From Tubulanus polymorphus (taxonomy: Eukaryota > Animalia > Nemertea), in NCBI RefSeq assembly GCF_964204645.1, contig NC_134032.1:3062175-3126174 (forward strand): a stretch of DNA of 64,000 nucleotides. Direction: 5' to 3'. The notes under the pieces were generated by a model. It searched no databases, was not told the origin of the DNA, and saw nothing but the letters and a program-made list of their open reading frames with translations. Shown in pieces: positions 1 to 11,946 of this stretch (within the stretch, counting starts at the first letter, position 1; the number at the start of each line of letters is the position of its first letter). A program made the position numbers and the translations under genes.

Positions 1-200
1 TGCTAAGTGCCATGATAATTTCGACTGGTAATCTAACAACCAACGTGACCCGCCTGTTCAAGTGAGTGTCACTTGAAATAGTATTTTTACATTTATTCTA
101 ACGGGTATATGGATTCTTTCTAGAAGGCTACTTCATAATATTTTGATAGACTGTTCCCATTAGTAAAACAGCTGATAGTCTTTATCATGATTTCAGTTTA

Positions 201-1335
201 ATGAAAATTCATTGTTCCACAATAAGAACGGTTTACAGACACCAATCCCAGTATATTCACCTTGCAATAAGAAAATACTTCAATGGAAAGAGAAAGCTGC
301 TATTGGATTCCATCGGAAATAAACCACTACTGCCGGGAAGGGATGGTCACTGCGATAGCCCAGGTCATTCAGCGAAGTATTGCTTTTACACAATAATGGA
401 CTTGCGGCAAAATAGAATCCTTACATCAGAATTAGTGCAGGTAAATTCAATCTTCAATTTTGCAGGATTTCCATTATTTTGATTGTCATACGTAGGTTGA
501 TCAATGCAGATGTTTTCCTACGTCGAGTCAGAACATAAGATAACATTGTTATGGTAACTTTGGTATTATTCAGCATTTGCATAGTAACTGGAGAAGCTGA
601 CAAAACGCAAAGGAAATGAAGACATAAAACAATGGATTCAAAATATTAAAGTTCATCTGTACTTTTGTGCCTTGTCGTCAAAGCCTGGAGAATTCAATAA
701 TATTTAGAAGAAATGGCTAGCGTGTGTTGAGCACGTTCAGAATATACACACTAACTGTAGCCACGGACCACTTGAACAAGAGAGAAAATGACTTTTTCCT
801 GGTACGCAATTTCATGTTTCTATAATTGTACAATATGCAGAAATGCTGTAAGAAAAAAAATCAAAGGCATCTAGAATTCAATTGGACTTTTCTCTTATAG
901 GATCTCAAGCTGCTTCTGACTTTGAAGGTATTGCCACCAAGCCGAGGCAGTTAGCACAGATCCGAAACATGTCATCCTATGGTCAGACAAGTGGAGATGA
1001 ATCATTTCATAGTGTTTCAACCATTTTTGTCCGAAGATGATTCATTTTTCTTACACAGGAATGCTCAGTCGGTGAGTATGTTGCATGTTGGTTCAGGGGG
1101 TACAGGGGAAAACTTACCTGTAGATACGCTTCCACTTTAAATTGGCGAAATCATATCGTCCTGGGTTAACATAAAATATTATTTTCCATATTACATGTGG
1201 CTATTCTTCATTACAACAAAAACAGTTCCCGTGTCCAAGCTAAAACAAAAGTGGTCAAAAAAAGTATGCTGTACACTATCCAAAGCACAAGAATGGGCAC
1301 ATTGTGAGAACGTTCATTCAAATATCCAACATCGG
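201..1335 (+). pseudogene. Degenerate, intron-containing Mutator-like DNA transposase relic
   Basis: ORF 201-482 contains GRDGHCDSPGHSAKYCFYTIMD..ELVQ, matching the DGRxDSPGHxAKYxxYTxMD motif of animal Mutator-like transposases. Further broken pieces downstream (TSGDESFHSV ~985-1020; ILHYNKNSSRVQAKT ~1200-1250) carry stops and frameshifts. Confidence 0.55.
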
Positions 1336-1864
1336 TGAAAGTTTGATTACTGTATACATGTACTGTAGGTTTTCATGTTGTATGAATATTTTGTAGTTCA
1401 AATGGGTATGATGCTGATTCCAATGTACAATAAACACATGAAGTTAAATGGTCAAGGACAGTCAACACCAAGATATCTCTCTTCGACCGATGTTGCACCA
1501 TAGAAGATCTGATTCTTTCATCTCGAGGAAAGTGATTCAACACGATCAAACATAACACTGTAATAGGTTTGCAGTTCATTTCATTTAGTCCTTTTTCCTT
1601 TTTAGCCAATTTGGATTTTATTGTAATTGAAACTCTGGAACTGTTAACAAGAGACAAGTAAGAAGTTGAAAAAACACAAGTTATGCTTGATTCTGATATT
1701 CAAAATTAAATTCAAATTCAAATTTATTTTATTATATTATATTTACAAAACATATCATTGGTTCATACGGTAATAAACATTAGGACAGAACGAATATTAT
1801 TATAGAATTTTCAAAAAGGCAATGAATTTCTATAACTAAATGAACATTATTTTTCTAATAACTG

Positions 1865-1945
1865 AGTAATTAGAAGATGGCGTTTTCAGGCCAGAGTACT
1901 AGAGTACTAGACACCACTCATCACCACAAGTAATTTTTTTTTCCT
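1865..1945 (+). repeat. Left terminal inverted repeat of the Polinton
   Basis: agtaattagaagatggcgttttcaggccagagtactagagtactagacaccactcatcaccacaagtaatttttttttcct is the near-perfect reverse complement of 18369-18448 (a few substitutions, one T-run length difference). Confidence 0.95.
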
Positions 1946-1979
1946 ACTCATCACCACAAGTAATTTGTTTTCCTTATAA

Positions 1980-2306
1980 ATGGGAGATAGAAAAGCATTC
2001 TTAGCAACAATAAATAACAGAATAAAACCAGCAAAAAAACAATTTGAAATAAAAAAGTTAGTTGATGTTACAAAAGAAATTGAACATAAAATATTGAAAT
2101 TAGAAAAGATAAAAACTAAATATGGAGAGAAAGTATCAGCTAATTTAAGCTACTGTAATGTTAGTACATCACGAGAATTTAAAGTATTTTTACCCGATAA
2201 ATGGGTTTCATTGAGTATGGAGGAATTGAAAGATTTAGTAGGAATTAAAATAATATATCATGGGAAAAATGAAGACGGTCATCATGATTTAGAAATTGTT
2301 GATTAA
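1980..2306 (+). CDS. Polinton small hypothetical protein (108 aa)
   Basis: Intact ORF with TAAATG start, directly after a tandem pair of the ACTCATCACCACAAGTAATTT motif at the left TIR. Confidence 0.75.
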   Translation: MGDRKAFLATINNRIKPAKKQFEIKKLVDVTKEIEHKILKLEKIKTKYGEKVSANLSYCNVSTSREFKVFLPDKWVSLSMEELKDLVGIKIIYHGKNEDGHHDLEIVD

Positions 2307-2454
2307 ATCTAAAAAAAATTAATAAAAATAATGAATATCTAGAATCCGAAATGACTTATCTGGACAATTTAATTGCTCCTCATAGATAGACAAAAGTAGT
2401 GAGATATTCAATTAATTAAAAAAATTATTTTTTTTTTGCTTTTTTTCTAAAATA

Positions 2455-2809
2455 TTAATCCATTTTTTTTATTGTTAATTTTGGAATTTCAGAAGTACTT
2501 TCATTTTTGATAGCAGTTGGTTTAGAATTATTAATATCATGAATTTTATTTGATTTCTTATACCAATCATACCCAATCAAAATGAATACAATTACAAATC
2601 CAACTGTAAAATATAAATATTTATCAAATATTCTACTATCAGAAGGAGTAGAAATAACAATATTTTCACCATTTTTATTAACATTTTTATTACTTATTTT
2701 TTCTTTTACGGCTTTTTTTATATTCTTGTGATTTAATTCCTAATTGCCGAGACCATTCAATTTGTTTCTGAGTTCTCGGTTTTTTCTTCACTTCTTTCAC
2801 CTCGCTCAT
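2455..2809 (-). pseudogene. Polinton small membrane protein, frameshifted (absent from ORF track)
   Basis: TAAATG start at 2809 (MSEVKEVKKKPRTQKQIEWSRQLGIKSQEYKK). Removing one A from the A7 run at ~2713-2719 continues into AVKEKISNK...YLYFTVGFVIVFILIGYDW (hydrophobic helix)...KKMD* ending at 2455. Confidence 0.65.
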
Positions 2810-3347
2810 TTATTATAGAAATATTTTTACTTTCAATATTTGAAAATGTTATAACTCCAGTTGATAATAATGTCATAAATCCACCTAATTGAAATGATAA
2901 ATATCCAATCCATTTATTTAATTCAGTCATAACTAAATAATCATTTTTTAAATCGGAATATAATCTATTTTCATCTTCAATTGGTAGTATATAATTACAT
3001 AATTTACTATAACCTTTTACTACATTTTCTGATATCGCGTCATTAATTCTAGCTGTTCTCGCGGCTTCATAAATCTTAAATAATCTAATAATTTCATCTG
3101 ATTTCATTATGTCTAATTCATTATAAGTTAAATTTTTACCAACAAAATTTTTACATTTTCCAGATGCTATTAATATTTCTAATTGATGTTTGCAATAAAG
3201 ATAATATTCATAATTATTATTTGTTGTAACATTATTTAAAGCACCATCATCTGGAATTAATTTTGTTTCTGTTATTCCTAAATCATCTAAAGTTTTTTCA
3301 ATTGGAACATCACCATTTTTAGATTTTATTTTCTTTTCACCCACCAT
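2757..3347 (-). CDS. Polinton hypothetical protein (196 aa) with C-terminal hydrophobic segment
   Basis: Intact ORF; TAATTTTTTT..TAAATG start context; WIGYLSFQLGGFMTLLSTGVITF hydrophobic stretch. Confidence 0.8.
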   Translation of the reverse strand: MVGEKKIKSKNGDVPIEKTLDDLGITETKLIPDDGALNNVTTNNNYEYYLYCKHQLEILIASGKCKNFVGKNLTYNELDIMKSDEIIRLFKIYEAARTARINDAISENVVKGYSKLCNYILPIEDENRLYSDLKNDYLVMTELNKWIGYLSFQLGGFMTLLSTGVITFSNIESKNISIINERGERSEEKTENSETN

Positions 3348-3380
3348 TTATATAACAAAAAAATTAATTGTGTGATGTTG

Positions 3381-3735
3381 CAACTAGAATTTAACTAGAA
3401 TGTAACTAGAATTCAACTAGATTAACAAGCTAGTTGAAATATTGTTGTTTTTGTTTATTTCTTGTTAAATCTAGTTGATTTTTTGTTTCAACTATTAACA
3501 ACTAGAATTCAACTAGAATGTAACTAGAATGTAACTAGATTAACAAGCTAGTTGAAATATTGTTGTTTTTGTTTATTTCTTGTTAAATCTAGTTGATTTT
3601 TGTTTCAACTACTAACAACTAGAATTCAACTAGAATTAAAATAGATTAACAAGCTAGTTAAAATATTGTTAAATCTATTTGATTTTTGTTACAACTACCA
3701 ATAACTAGAATTCAACTAGATTAACAAACTAATTG
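3381..3735. repeat. Polinton-internal non-coding tandem array (about three ~120-bp units built from ~11-bp AACTAGAAT subunits)
   Basis: Recurrent caactagaatt/aactagaatgt and caactagattaacaagctagttgaaatattgtt blocks between the 196-aa gene and the ATPase. Confidence 0.85.
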
Positions 3736-3738
3736 AAT

Positions 3739-4347
3739 TTAAATAAATTCATATTTAAATGGGTGTTGTAATCTAAATAGTAATTTTGATCTTTTAATAT
3801 TTTTCAACTTATCCATATATTCATTATGTAAATCATGTGGAATAATATCATTTTCCTCAAGTGCATTTTTCATCGATTTTCTATCTTTATTGTAGAATAA
3901 AACTAGAAATCTAATGTTTTCTCTAAAATCTTTAACAATTGAATTATATTTTTGATTTAAAACCCAAGTTGTTATCCCAAAATGTCTCCCAGAGAAAGCT
4001 AAATAGCATAACTCACTTTCTCTAACTTTTGAATCATGTAGATTAGCACAATCATCTATAATGAATAATGTATTTGATCCTTTATAAATATCAATTGCTA
4101 TTTTTATACAATTATCTAAATTTTCTTTTACTGTTTTAGGATCTAATATAATAAATTTATTATTCCTAGTAATATTTTTATCATAAGTTTGATTAAATTC
4201 ATATGTTGGACAAAATAATACTATATTATCAAAATAGTTTTCATAAACAGTTTCTAATAAATGTAATATAAAATAAGTTTTTCCACAATTTGTTACACCA
4301 GAAATTAACATATTATGAGGCTCAAATATAAATAATTCCTTATTCAT
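3739..4347 (-). CDS. A32-like (FtsK/HerA superfamily) virion DNA-packaging ATPase
   Basis: Walker A ISGVTNCGKT, Walker B LFIIDD, arginine-finger region SGRHFGIT followed by LNQ. Confidence 0.92.
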   Translation of the reverse strand: MNKELFIFEPHNMLISGVTNCGKTYFILHLLETVYENYFDNIVLFCPTYEFNQTYDKNITRNNKFIILDPKTVKENLDNCIKIAIDIYKGSNTLFIIDDCANLHDSKVRESELCYLAFSGRHFGITTWVLNQKYNSIVKDFRENIRFLVLFYNKDRKSMKNALEENDIIPHDLHNEYMDKLKNIKRSKLLFRLQHPFKYEFI

Positions 4348-5475
4348 TTATATATTTTTAATTTTACTTGATAATATCCATTCATTGAATTTATCTGGCC
4401 ATCCAACCCATTTTACTAAAGAATATTTTTTTCTTTTAACAGTTTTTGTTTTTAATACTTTTTCAATTTTATATTCTTGTTCTAGATTTTCAGTAGTTAA
4501 ACTTAATTCTTCTTCGTAAAAATATCCATCAACTTCTTCACCATCTAAATCTTCTAATTTATAGACATATGGTTTTGTTGTTATTACCTTTTTTATTTTA
4601 TATATTTCTCTAGTAAAATTTCGATCGTATCCTTTATCAAATATCTTTTTATACTTAGAAATTCTAACATTTTGACCAACTTTAAATTTAGGTTCACCAA
4701 AATCATCAACAAGAAATGCTCCATATAAATTATTCCAAACAATTTCAGCATTTTCAGATTTTCTAGCATCAATAGGTTTCATTCCAATAGAAGAATGATA
4801 AGAATTATTATATCCTTCTATCAATTTTGGTAAAACATCAATCCATTTAAAAGTATTATTTGCTGTAAAATATTTCCACATTCTTGTTCTTAATGTTCTA
4901 TTAAATCGTTCAACAACTGCTGCTTTTTTATCTGATTTTGTTGAAAAATATTTAATATTATGATTATCTAAGAGTTCATGAACAAGTGAATTATCAAACT
5001 CTTTTCCATCATCAAATTGAATTTTTTCTGGTTTTAGTTTACCACCTGAAAGAAATTTTCTTAAAACATTTGATGTTTGTACAGCATCTTTTCTATAAAG
5101 TGGGAAGCTCCATACATAACGACTAAAAATATCAATTATATTCAATAACCACCAATAATCATCATTATCTTTCTTAACATTTTTCATATCAATTAAATCT
5201 CCTTGCCACTGTTGATCTACATAACTTACCATAGTTTTACGAGTTTTATATTTTCTAACAATTTTTTTAGGTTTTGTATATGTTGGTTGTTCTAACATAA
5301 ATTCATTTATATCTTTATATTTAACTAAATTTTGTGGGATTATCTTATCTAATTTATCTTGTTTTACTTTACGCCATATATTTTTAGTAGAAGAATAAGC
5401 AACCGAACTCTCAGGGTTGTAATATAAATTTCTTAAATATTGTTCTTTAGTATTAGGAGTTTTTTTACCTCCCAT
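4348..5475 (-). CDS. Retroviral-like (rve) DDE integrase with C-terminal chromodomain
   Basis: WQGDLIDM, IDIFSRYVW, IQFDDGKEF and VVERFNRTL catalytic blocks; C-terminal YKIEKVLK..YSLVKWVGWPDKFNEWI chromodomain; ORF intact. Confidence 0.96.
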   Translation of the reverse strand: MGGKKTPNTKEQYLRNLYYNPESSVAYSSTKNIWRKVKQDKLDKIIPQNLVKYKDINEFMLEQPTYTKPKKIVRKYKTRKTMVSYVDQQWQGDLIDMKNVKKDNDDYWWLLNIIDIFSRYVWSFPLYRKDAVQTSNVLRKFLSGGKLKPEKIQFDDGKEFDNSLVHELLDNHNIKYFSTKSDKKAAVVERFNRTLRTRMWKYFTANNTFKWIDVLPKLIEGYNNSYHSSIGMKPIDARKSENAEIVWNNLYGAFLVDDFGEPKFKVGQNVRISKYKKIFDKGYDRNFTREIYKIKKVITTKPYVYKLEDLDGEEVDGYFYEEELSLTTENLEQEYKIEKVLKTKTVKRKKYSLVKWVGWPDKFNEWILSSKIKNI

Positions 5476-5505
5476 TTATATATCCTTAATTTTAACTTTA
5501 TATTT

Positions 5506-6754
5506 CTAATATTGAATACTATCTAATTGTGAATTTACAATATTTAATTGCGCATCAGATATAATATAAATGTGGATTTTAAAATTTTTGATTCCTTTAT
5601 TCTTTTTCATGAATAATTGTATTCCATCTTTAGTGTTCTGTAGTTTTTTTCCAGAACCATGTAATGAATTATCTTCTGTTGTTCTAAAATCTAACTATAA
5701 TGCATATTTATTACCGGTATAATAATCAATTTGATTAATATTACAATTTTCAAATGATTTTACTTTTTCATTCATAAAATGTTTTCTAATTTCTGGCCAT
5801 TGATCAATCATTCTCATTCCTTGACAAAATATTTTATTCGCTATTCCTTCGATAGTTATTTCTACTTTTGTTATTTCAGGATTATAATAATTGTCAACAT
5901 TTATTGCACCATTAGTATACGTTCCAATGGTAAAAAATATTAATATACCTTTAATAGATCTTCTAGGAAAGTTAATATTCTCATTTATTATTTCATCATT
6001 TGCATTAATAGTTACAGTTTTAAATTTATCAATATAATCATATAATAATGAAAACCCTTGATTGTATTGAGTTTGAATTGTGCTAGCAATATTTTCATTA
6101 GTTATTGTGTTATATTCTAAACATATATTCGATAATTTATAACTCATATCTTTAACAACGCTAGATAATACAATTTCATTTACAGGAGCAAATGTTATCT
6201 CAAATATAATATCTTCTTGAATTGCGTATTTATATAAAGGGGCATTATTATTTATCAATTCAAAATCTAATGGAATTTTATATTTGCTTCCATAAATCTT
6301 TTTAATCAAATTATCTACGTCATTATTTACTATTGCGTTATTGGCTTCAGATCTTAATTTATTTTTGGTTTTCTGATTGGATGCCTTGAAATATCATATT
6401 ATTTCTATTTTCTTTAGTTAACCATAAATCTTTATAATGCATAAATAAATTATAATCATCTAATGAGAAAACTGTTTCTGGACCAATCTTTATTGTTAAC
6501 TTTTTAATCAAATATCTTCCAACATTATCAACGACATAATTATTATTATTACCGATTACTTTTATATCGGCTGATAAATAAATACTATTTGGAACATAAA
6601 AAGTATTTTGTGTTAATCTAGGAATTCTAACGTATAAAGTTTCATCGGGATTAATATTTGAAGGGTTATGAGTAATTATATGATGTGATCTTTCTGCTTT
6701 AATAGCATTAGATATTCTAGAAATCTTAGAAGGACTTATATAACTCCCACTCAT
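5506..6754 (-). pseudogene. Major capsid protein (double jelly-roll type), disrupted
   Basis: ORFs 6359-6754 and 5695-6309 join by removing one A at ~6362-6366 (QSENQ-NKLRSEANN..LIKKIYG). In-frame TAG at 5695-5697 sits where Trp is expected (KYAL*LDFRTTEDNSLHGSG); reading continues to TAG at 5506. About 415 codons in total; motifs (THNPS, YKLSNICLEY, FPRRSIKGIL) recalled from Polinton MCPs. Confidence 0.75.
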
Positions 6755-6774
6755 TTATTTAACAAAAAAATTAA

Positions 6775-8211
6775 TCATTTATTTTTTATCATGTTTACTA
6801 ACCCAAAAATAATAGCACTTACAACTGTAATTAAAAATAAAATAATATGTTCAGCAGCAAAGTTAAGAATATTACCTGCAGATTTTAAAACAAAACCAAC
6901 AATTGATGCAATAACTCCTGGCAATGCTGCAGCAGATTTTTTAGATAGTTCCCATAAATATTTTGCTAATTTCTTTAAACCATCTTTAACTTTATCTTGT
7001 ATAGAATTATTGCCTGGAGGTTTATCTGGTTTATTAGGAGTGGGAGTAGGAGTAGATTTTAAAGCATTTGATATAGCTAAACCTATTGTTGTAAATAACA
7101 TAGTAACAGCTGTTAGAATTGAAAGAATTGTTATTCCTTCTAATTTAAATAATAACTTTATCCTATCTTTTAATGATATTTCAGAATTTGGTTTAATCAA
7201 CAAATCTTTAAAAATAACTTTTAATCTATTAATATTATAATCATATGATTTTAACAATAATTTAATTTCTTCTTTCTGTACTTCTAAATTATCTTTTAAA
7301 TTACTAATTTCTTTTTCTAAACGTAATTCTTTTTGCCTATATTCTATTTCATCAATTACTTGATGATCTAAATCAGACTTTAATTGTTCTATTTCTTTAT
7401 TTTTATCAGTTAATTCTTTTTCCAAATACGTAATTTTTTGATCTCTTATACTTTTATTATGCGCAATTTTATCAGATGCAAGTCTTATATTAATAATTTC
7501 TCTAATTGCTTTATCAGAAAATATATCTAAATCTTCTAATTATTGATCTGTTGCATCAAGTAATCCATTCGGTAAAAGTTTTTCAATTGGAACTTTATTT
7601 GATTTAAGTTTACTAGTTTTGGAAGTTTTATTCTGTTCAGAAGTTTTTTCTGTTTCTGATTTCTTTTTGATTATTTCAAATAATTCATTAATTCTTTGTT
7701 TAAATACATCTATATTATCATCTATTTCTTTTTGTGTAACATCAGTTATTTCATTACTATTACTTATTATTTTAATTCTATCTGGTTTTAATTTTTCTAA
7801 AGTTGATTCTGATAATATTTTATTTTTATTATTTTTATAAGTGATATCAATATAATAATCACCTTTCAAACGATAATAACATTTACCATTATCTAAAAAT
7901 TTTAATTGATCTGCTAAAAGTCCAACGTCTTCATCATTTATGTTAAGTTTAGATTTTTCAATTAAATCTTCTAATTTAGGTATTTTGTTTAAATTATCTA
8001 AATCTTGTTTTACTAAATCTGGGTCTAAATTTTCAGGATTTAATTGTGATTCAGCATTTTTAATATAATCAGGCATATTTAAATTATTGTTATATTCTGG
8101 TTCATTACCATCATTAAAACTTGTTTCATCAAAATCAGGTGGTTGTTCATCAGTTATACCAGGTTCATTAAAAGGATCCATTCCAATATCTTCTACACCT
8201 TCTACATCCAT
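6775..8211 (-). pseudogene. Acidic/coiled-coil protein with C-terminal membrane segments, interrupted by one nonsense codon
   Basis: ORFs 7540-8211 and 6775-7425 are in the same frame, separated only by TAA at 7540-7542 (DATDQ*LEDLDIFSDK...). The C-terminus has hydrophobic helices flanking a PTPTPNKPDKPP linker. Confidence 0.75.
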
Positions 8212-8228
8212 TTATATAATAAAAAAAA

Positions 8229-9644
8229 TTAAAATTTAAAATATAATATTCCTCCGATTACAATTCCTATACAAGTTATAGCTAATTTAGTATTTTCATG
8301 GGATTTATTATCATCATTTAGTTTAATTACATCATGTTGAATATCACCGTGTGGGTGCCATATGGCACCATTATCAGTTCTATTATTTTCTGTAGTATTG
8401 TAATCTTTTATTTTAGAATCATTATTTAATTTAATATTCTTAGTTTTAGTTTCTGTTGATTGAATGTGTTTTTAATTTTTTTCACCTTCGATTAATTTTG
8501 GAGCAGTAATAATCTTTTTATTTATATCATTTAACCCAAATGAATTATTTATTGTTGCAGTTTTAATTAGATTATTATAACCAATTATATTTCCCATCTT
8601 TAATACTAAATCATTAGAAATAATTAATAGATTAGGGCCTATACAATAATTAAGTCTTACATGAGATTTATCTAAATAATTTTGATATCTTATAATGTTT
8701 TCTGGAATCGATCTATTTTTATCATTATGAATTGAATCTTCAAATAAAACTTTAAATTGTTTTTGTGTATCGAATGATGTATTCAAATTTCCAATTATCG
8801 GTGATCTTGTTTCAACTTGTGATCCTAGAATACAAATCAAATAAGTTCTAATAGATTGATTTATTCTTTCTATACCTGATTTAGTAAAACCTTCACTATT
8901 TTCTAAAATAAAATAAACCCAACCATTATTGTTTTCTTGTTTTAAATTATCATAAAATTTTGGTAATTTATTGAAATTTAATGTTTCTAAATCCTTTGTT
9001 TCTATTTGACCATAACCTAATTTTTTATTATTGATATTATAAAAACTATTAGATGGTATGGGAAGTGCACAATATTCTGCAATCTTTCTAGGGCAAGGAA
9101 GTGATCTTATTGTTCCAATTTTTGTTCTAAAATCAGAATTATTTATATCTATATTAAATTCATTGCAAATTTTATAAAACTTAGATAGATTAATATTATT
9201 ATCTAATTCTTTAAAATATCTAGATCCTGGTAAAGCACACTCTAATTCATTTAATATTATTCTGATTTGAAAGTATGTATGAAATCTAAATAAACTTTGA
9301 ATTAGTTTATATTTAGAATTATTCAAATGATTATTCCAACTAATTCCACATCCTGTTGTTGCACAATAAACAGCAAAATTTAATTGGTTCTGCCAATACT
9401 TCATATTAGATTTTAATAACCATTGTTTTTCATCTTTCAATTTTTTAAAATTAATTAAATATACATGAAATATATTTTCCATCTTTGCATTAAAATTATT
9501 AGTTTCAGTAACATAAATTTCTAAATCAATTAATGAATTTAAAACTTCATTTCTATATGTAATATCTTTATTAAAATCTATTGCTGGAATATTATATTTA
9601 ATTGATTTATTATATCGGAAAGTTTTTGGAAAACTATCTACCAT
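8229..9644 (-). pseudogene. Polinton conserved hypothetical protein with C-terminal membrane anchor, one premature stop
   Basis: 390-aa ORF (YWQNQLNFAVYCATTGCGIS) stops at TAA 8472-8474, but the same frame stays open to ...HENTKLAITCIGIVIGGILYFKF* at 8229. Confidence 0.7.
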
Positions 9645-9660
9645 TTATATAACTAAAAAA

Positions 9661-10093
9661 TTAATAATTTATTAATTCTTTTAATAATTTATCTTGTTCT
9701 TCAACTGTTATATGACCATTTAAACTTATTATATAATCTAGTGTGTTCTTTAATTTATTAATTTCTTTTATATTAGATTTTATTTTTTCTTTATTACTTT
9801 TTATATTTAATTTTGAACTTATACCAGTTAAAACACTTGAACTTAATCCTAACACACCAATTGATATAGCTAGGTGTTAATGGACTGAATATTGCTAGAA
9901 ATGTTATTACAGAACTAATTGTAACCGAACCACTTATAATCAAATAATATATAATTTTACTTTTTAAATATTTTTTCTTTTTTATCTTTAAGTCACTTTC
10001 AAATTCTAATATTTGTTTTTCTAGATATATTTTTAATTTAGTTTTATTTATATCATGAGGAATAATATCAATACTATCAACTTTATCTTCCAT
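9661..10093 (-). pseudogene. Polinton small membrane protein, frameshifted
   Basis: Overlapping ORFs 9794-10093 (TAAATG start, hydrophobic IIYYLIISGSVTISSVITFLAIF) and 9661-9855 read as one gene with a frameshift near 9870. Confidence 0.65.
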
Positions 10094-10112
10094 TTATTTA
10101 GAATAAAAATTA

Positions 10113-10535
10113 CTAATTAGTAAACTTATAAGCAACAAATATAACAATAACAGTTCCACCTAAAATCCATATTATTTCATATTTCTGTTGTTCTTTACTT
10201 GGGGTATAATTATCTGATAATTTAGGTTTGTATAGATGTAATTTTTCTTTATTGGTTACTGCGTTATATAAACTCATTGCATCATCAACTGATTGAAAAT
10301 CTCTATGTGAAATCTTCTGATCATATAATTCTTTATTGATGTAATCCATATAGTTTTGTCTCTTTTCTCTATATTCTTCTGCAGCTTTATTGTATTTCTC
10401 TAACGATAAGTTATGTCTTCTTTGTTCTCCTAATGAACTATTTTTATCAATATGTTTAAATAAATATCCACCACCAGTAAATGCTAAAGCGTTAACAATT
10501 GCTGATCCTATAATAGTTATAATTGCAGAAGCCAT
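10113..10535 (-). CDS. Polinton small protein (140 aa) with hydrophobic N- and C-termini
   Basis: Intact ORF; MASAIITIIGSAIVNALAFTGGGYLF and IIWILGGTVIVIFVAYKF; motif-preceded start. Confidence 0.85.
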   Translation of the reverse strand: MASAIITIIGSAIVNALAFTGGGYLFKHIDKNSSLGEQRRHNLSLEKYNKAAEEYREKRQNYMDYINKELYDQKISHRDFQSVDDAMSLYNAVTNKEKLHLYKPKLSDNYTPSKEQQKYEIIWILGGTVIVIFVAYKFTN

Positions 10536-10560
10536 TTATTTAGCAAAAAAAATTATGTAT

Positions 10561-10782
10561 TTATATAGGAGGAATATATTTTTGTTTTTCCAAATAATCA
10601 ATAGTTAAATTAGATAAAGTAACTGCTAATGTTAACTTTAAAATATCATTTATATCAAATCTATCAACATTAACACTTCCCATTTTGAATACTTTTTTTA
10701 ATACCATTGAATAACCAACAGTTCCAACTGATAGTAATGCGCCATTATATAATCCAGTTATTATCCACTTATTATCACTCAT
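10561..10782 (-). CDS. Polinton small hydrophobic protein (73 aa)
   Basis: Intact ORF, TAATTTTTTTGATAAATAAATG start context. Confidence 0.8.
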   Translation of the reverse strand: MSDNKWIITGLYNGALLSVGTVGYSMVLKKVFKMGSVNVDRFDINDILKLTLAVTLSNLTIDYLEKQKYIPPI

Positions 10783-11130
10783 TTATTTATCAAAAAAATT
10801 ACTATCATCAAAATATTTAGTTAACTTAGTTTCAACATTTATTTTATTACTAGTTTCATTTGTATATATTTCAATTATTATTTTCTTAATATCATCGATG
10901 ATAAAATCTTCATCTAATTCATAAAATCTTAAAGATTCTCTAATTAAATTAGTAATCTTTTCTACATTTAAAGTTTCTTTATCAATTGTTGTTTCATACT
11001 CAAATGTTGTTTCATTAGAAAATACAATATTTTTGATATGTGTTATTACATCATTAATGTTAAATTTCATTTCTTTCTCACGTTTAAAATCAAATCCAAA
11101 ACATATACTCGGTCCAACAGTTATATTCAT
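10783..11130 (-). CDS. Polinton hypothetical protein (115 aa)
   Basis: Intact ORF, TAATTTTTTTGATATATAAATG start; its stop abuts the next ATG. Confidence 0.75.
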   Translation of the reverse strand: MNITVGPSICFGFDFKREKEMKFNINDVITHIKNIVFSNETTFEYETTIDKETLNVEKITNLIRESLRFYELDEDFIIDDIKKIIIEIYTNETSNKINVETKLTKYFDDSNFFDK

Positions 11131-11146
11131 TTATATATCAAAAAAA

Positions 11147-11946
11147 TTACTCTCTACATCTTATAACTAATTCATATATCACAGGAAAGTTGTTCAAATC
11201 AATTAAATAACCATTATGATTTCTTATTTCTAATTTAAAATTGTTAAATTGAGGAATACAAGGTTTAAAATCACATTCAGCTAAATTATAATTTATTTGC
11301 GTTCCAAATTGTTTAACGTTCTTCGATGGTAAAATATTTAATATACTAGAATTACATGTTGTATCTTTAGTTGCTTCAAATGTTTTTGTAGGATCGATTA
11401 AATTGCAATAAATATAAAAGTGTGTAAAAGGTATTATATTTGAGTTACCGTGTATGTTTACACCAATAAAATCATTTGGAGTAATTCCTAACAGTTTAGC
11501 AAAAGGTTTTTTTACCATGTAATTATGTCTTCTTGTCATCAATGGATTAGATTTAACAAGTTTAATAAGTTCATCATCAAACTTTATTTTAATTTTATTA
11601 GAGCTCTCACTTTTTATGAATTTAATATTAAATTTGGAATTACCATTACCTAATCTAATCCGAGCTTTTCTATTAATTTCTTGCGCTAATGTTTCTAAAT
11701 TATATAATCCTGGTGTAAGCATAAGTTGAATCCATTTTTTTCAAGTTTATCAAAAATAAGAAGGCTTCTATGTTCATCAGTTTTATCTGATATATTATAA
11801 AATGAGTTACATAAACTTATATTTACTAATTTTAAATCTACACAATTCTTGAATTCTCTATCTAATTGAACTAATAAATTATGTGATTTATAATTTGTAA
11901 GTCTTCTTGAATCAACAAATATTCTGTATTCTTTTAATTCTACCAT
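11147..11946 (-). pseudogene. Minor capsid (penton-like, single jelly-roll) protein, frameshifted
   Basis: ORFs 11695-11946 and 11147-11722 overlap and join near 11720-11745. C-terminal FYIYCNLID..SILNILP..FKLEIRNHNGYLIDLNNFPVIYELVI is typical of Polinton penton proteins. Confidence 0.65.

Noticed and set aside
5695-8474. Alternative genetic code or stop readthrough explaining the in-frame TAG/TAA codons
   Set aside because: TAA and TAG also terminate the genes normally, and each internal stop is one substitution from a sense codon (e.g. TGG>TAG).
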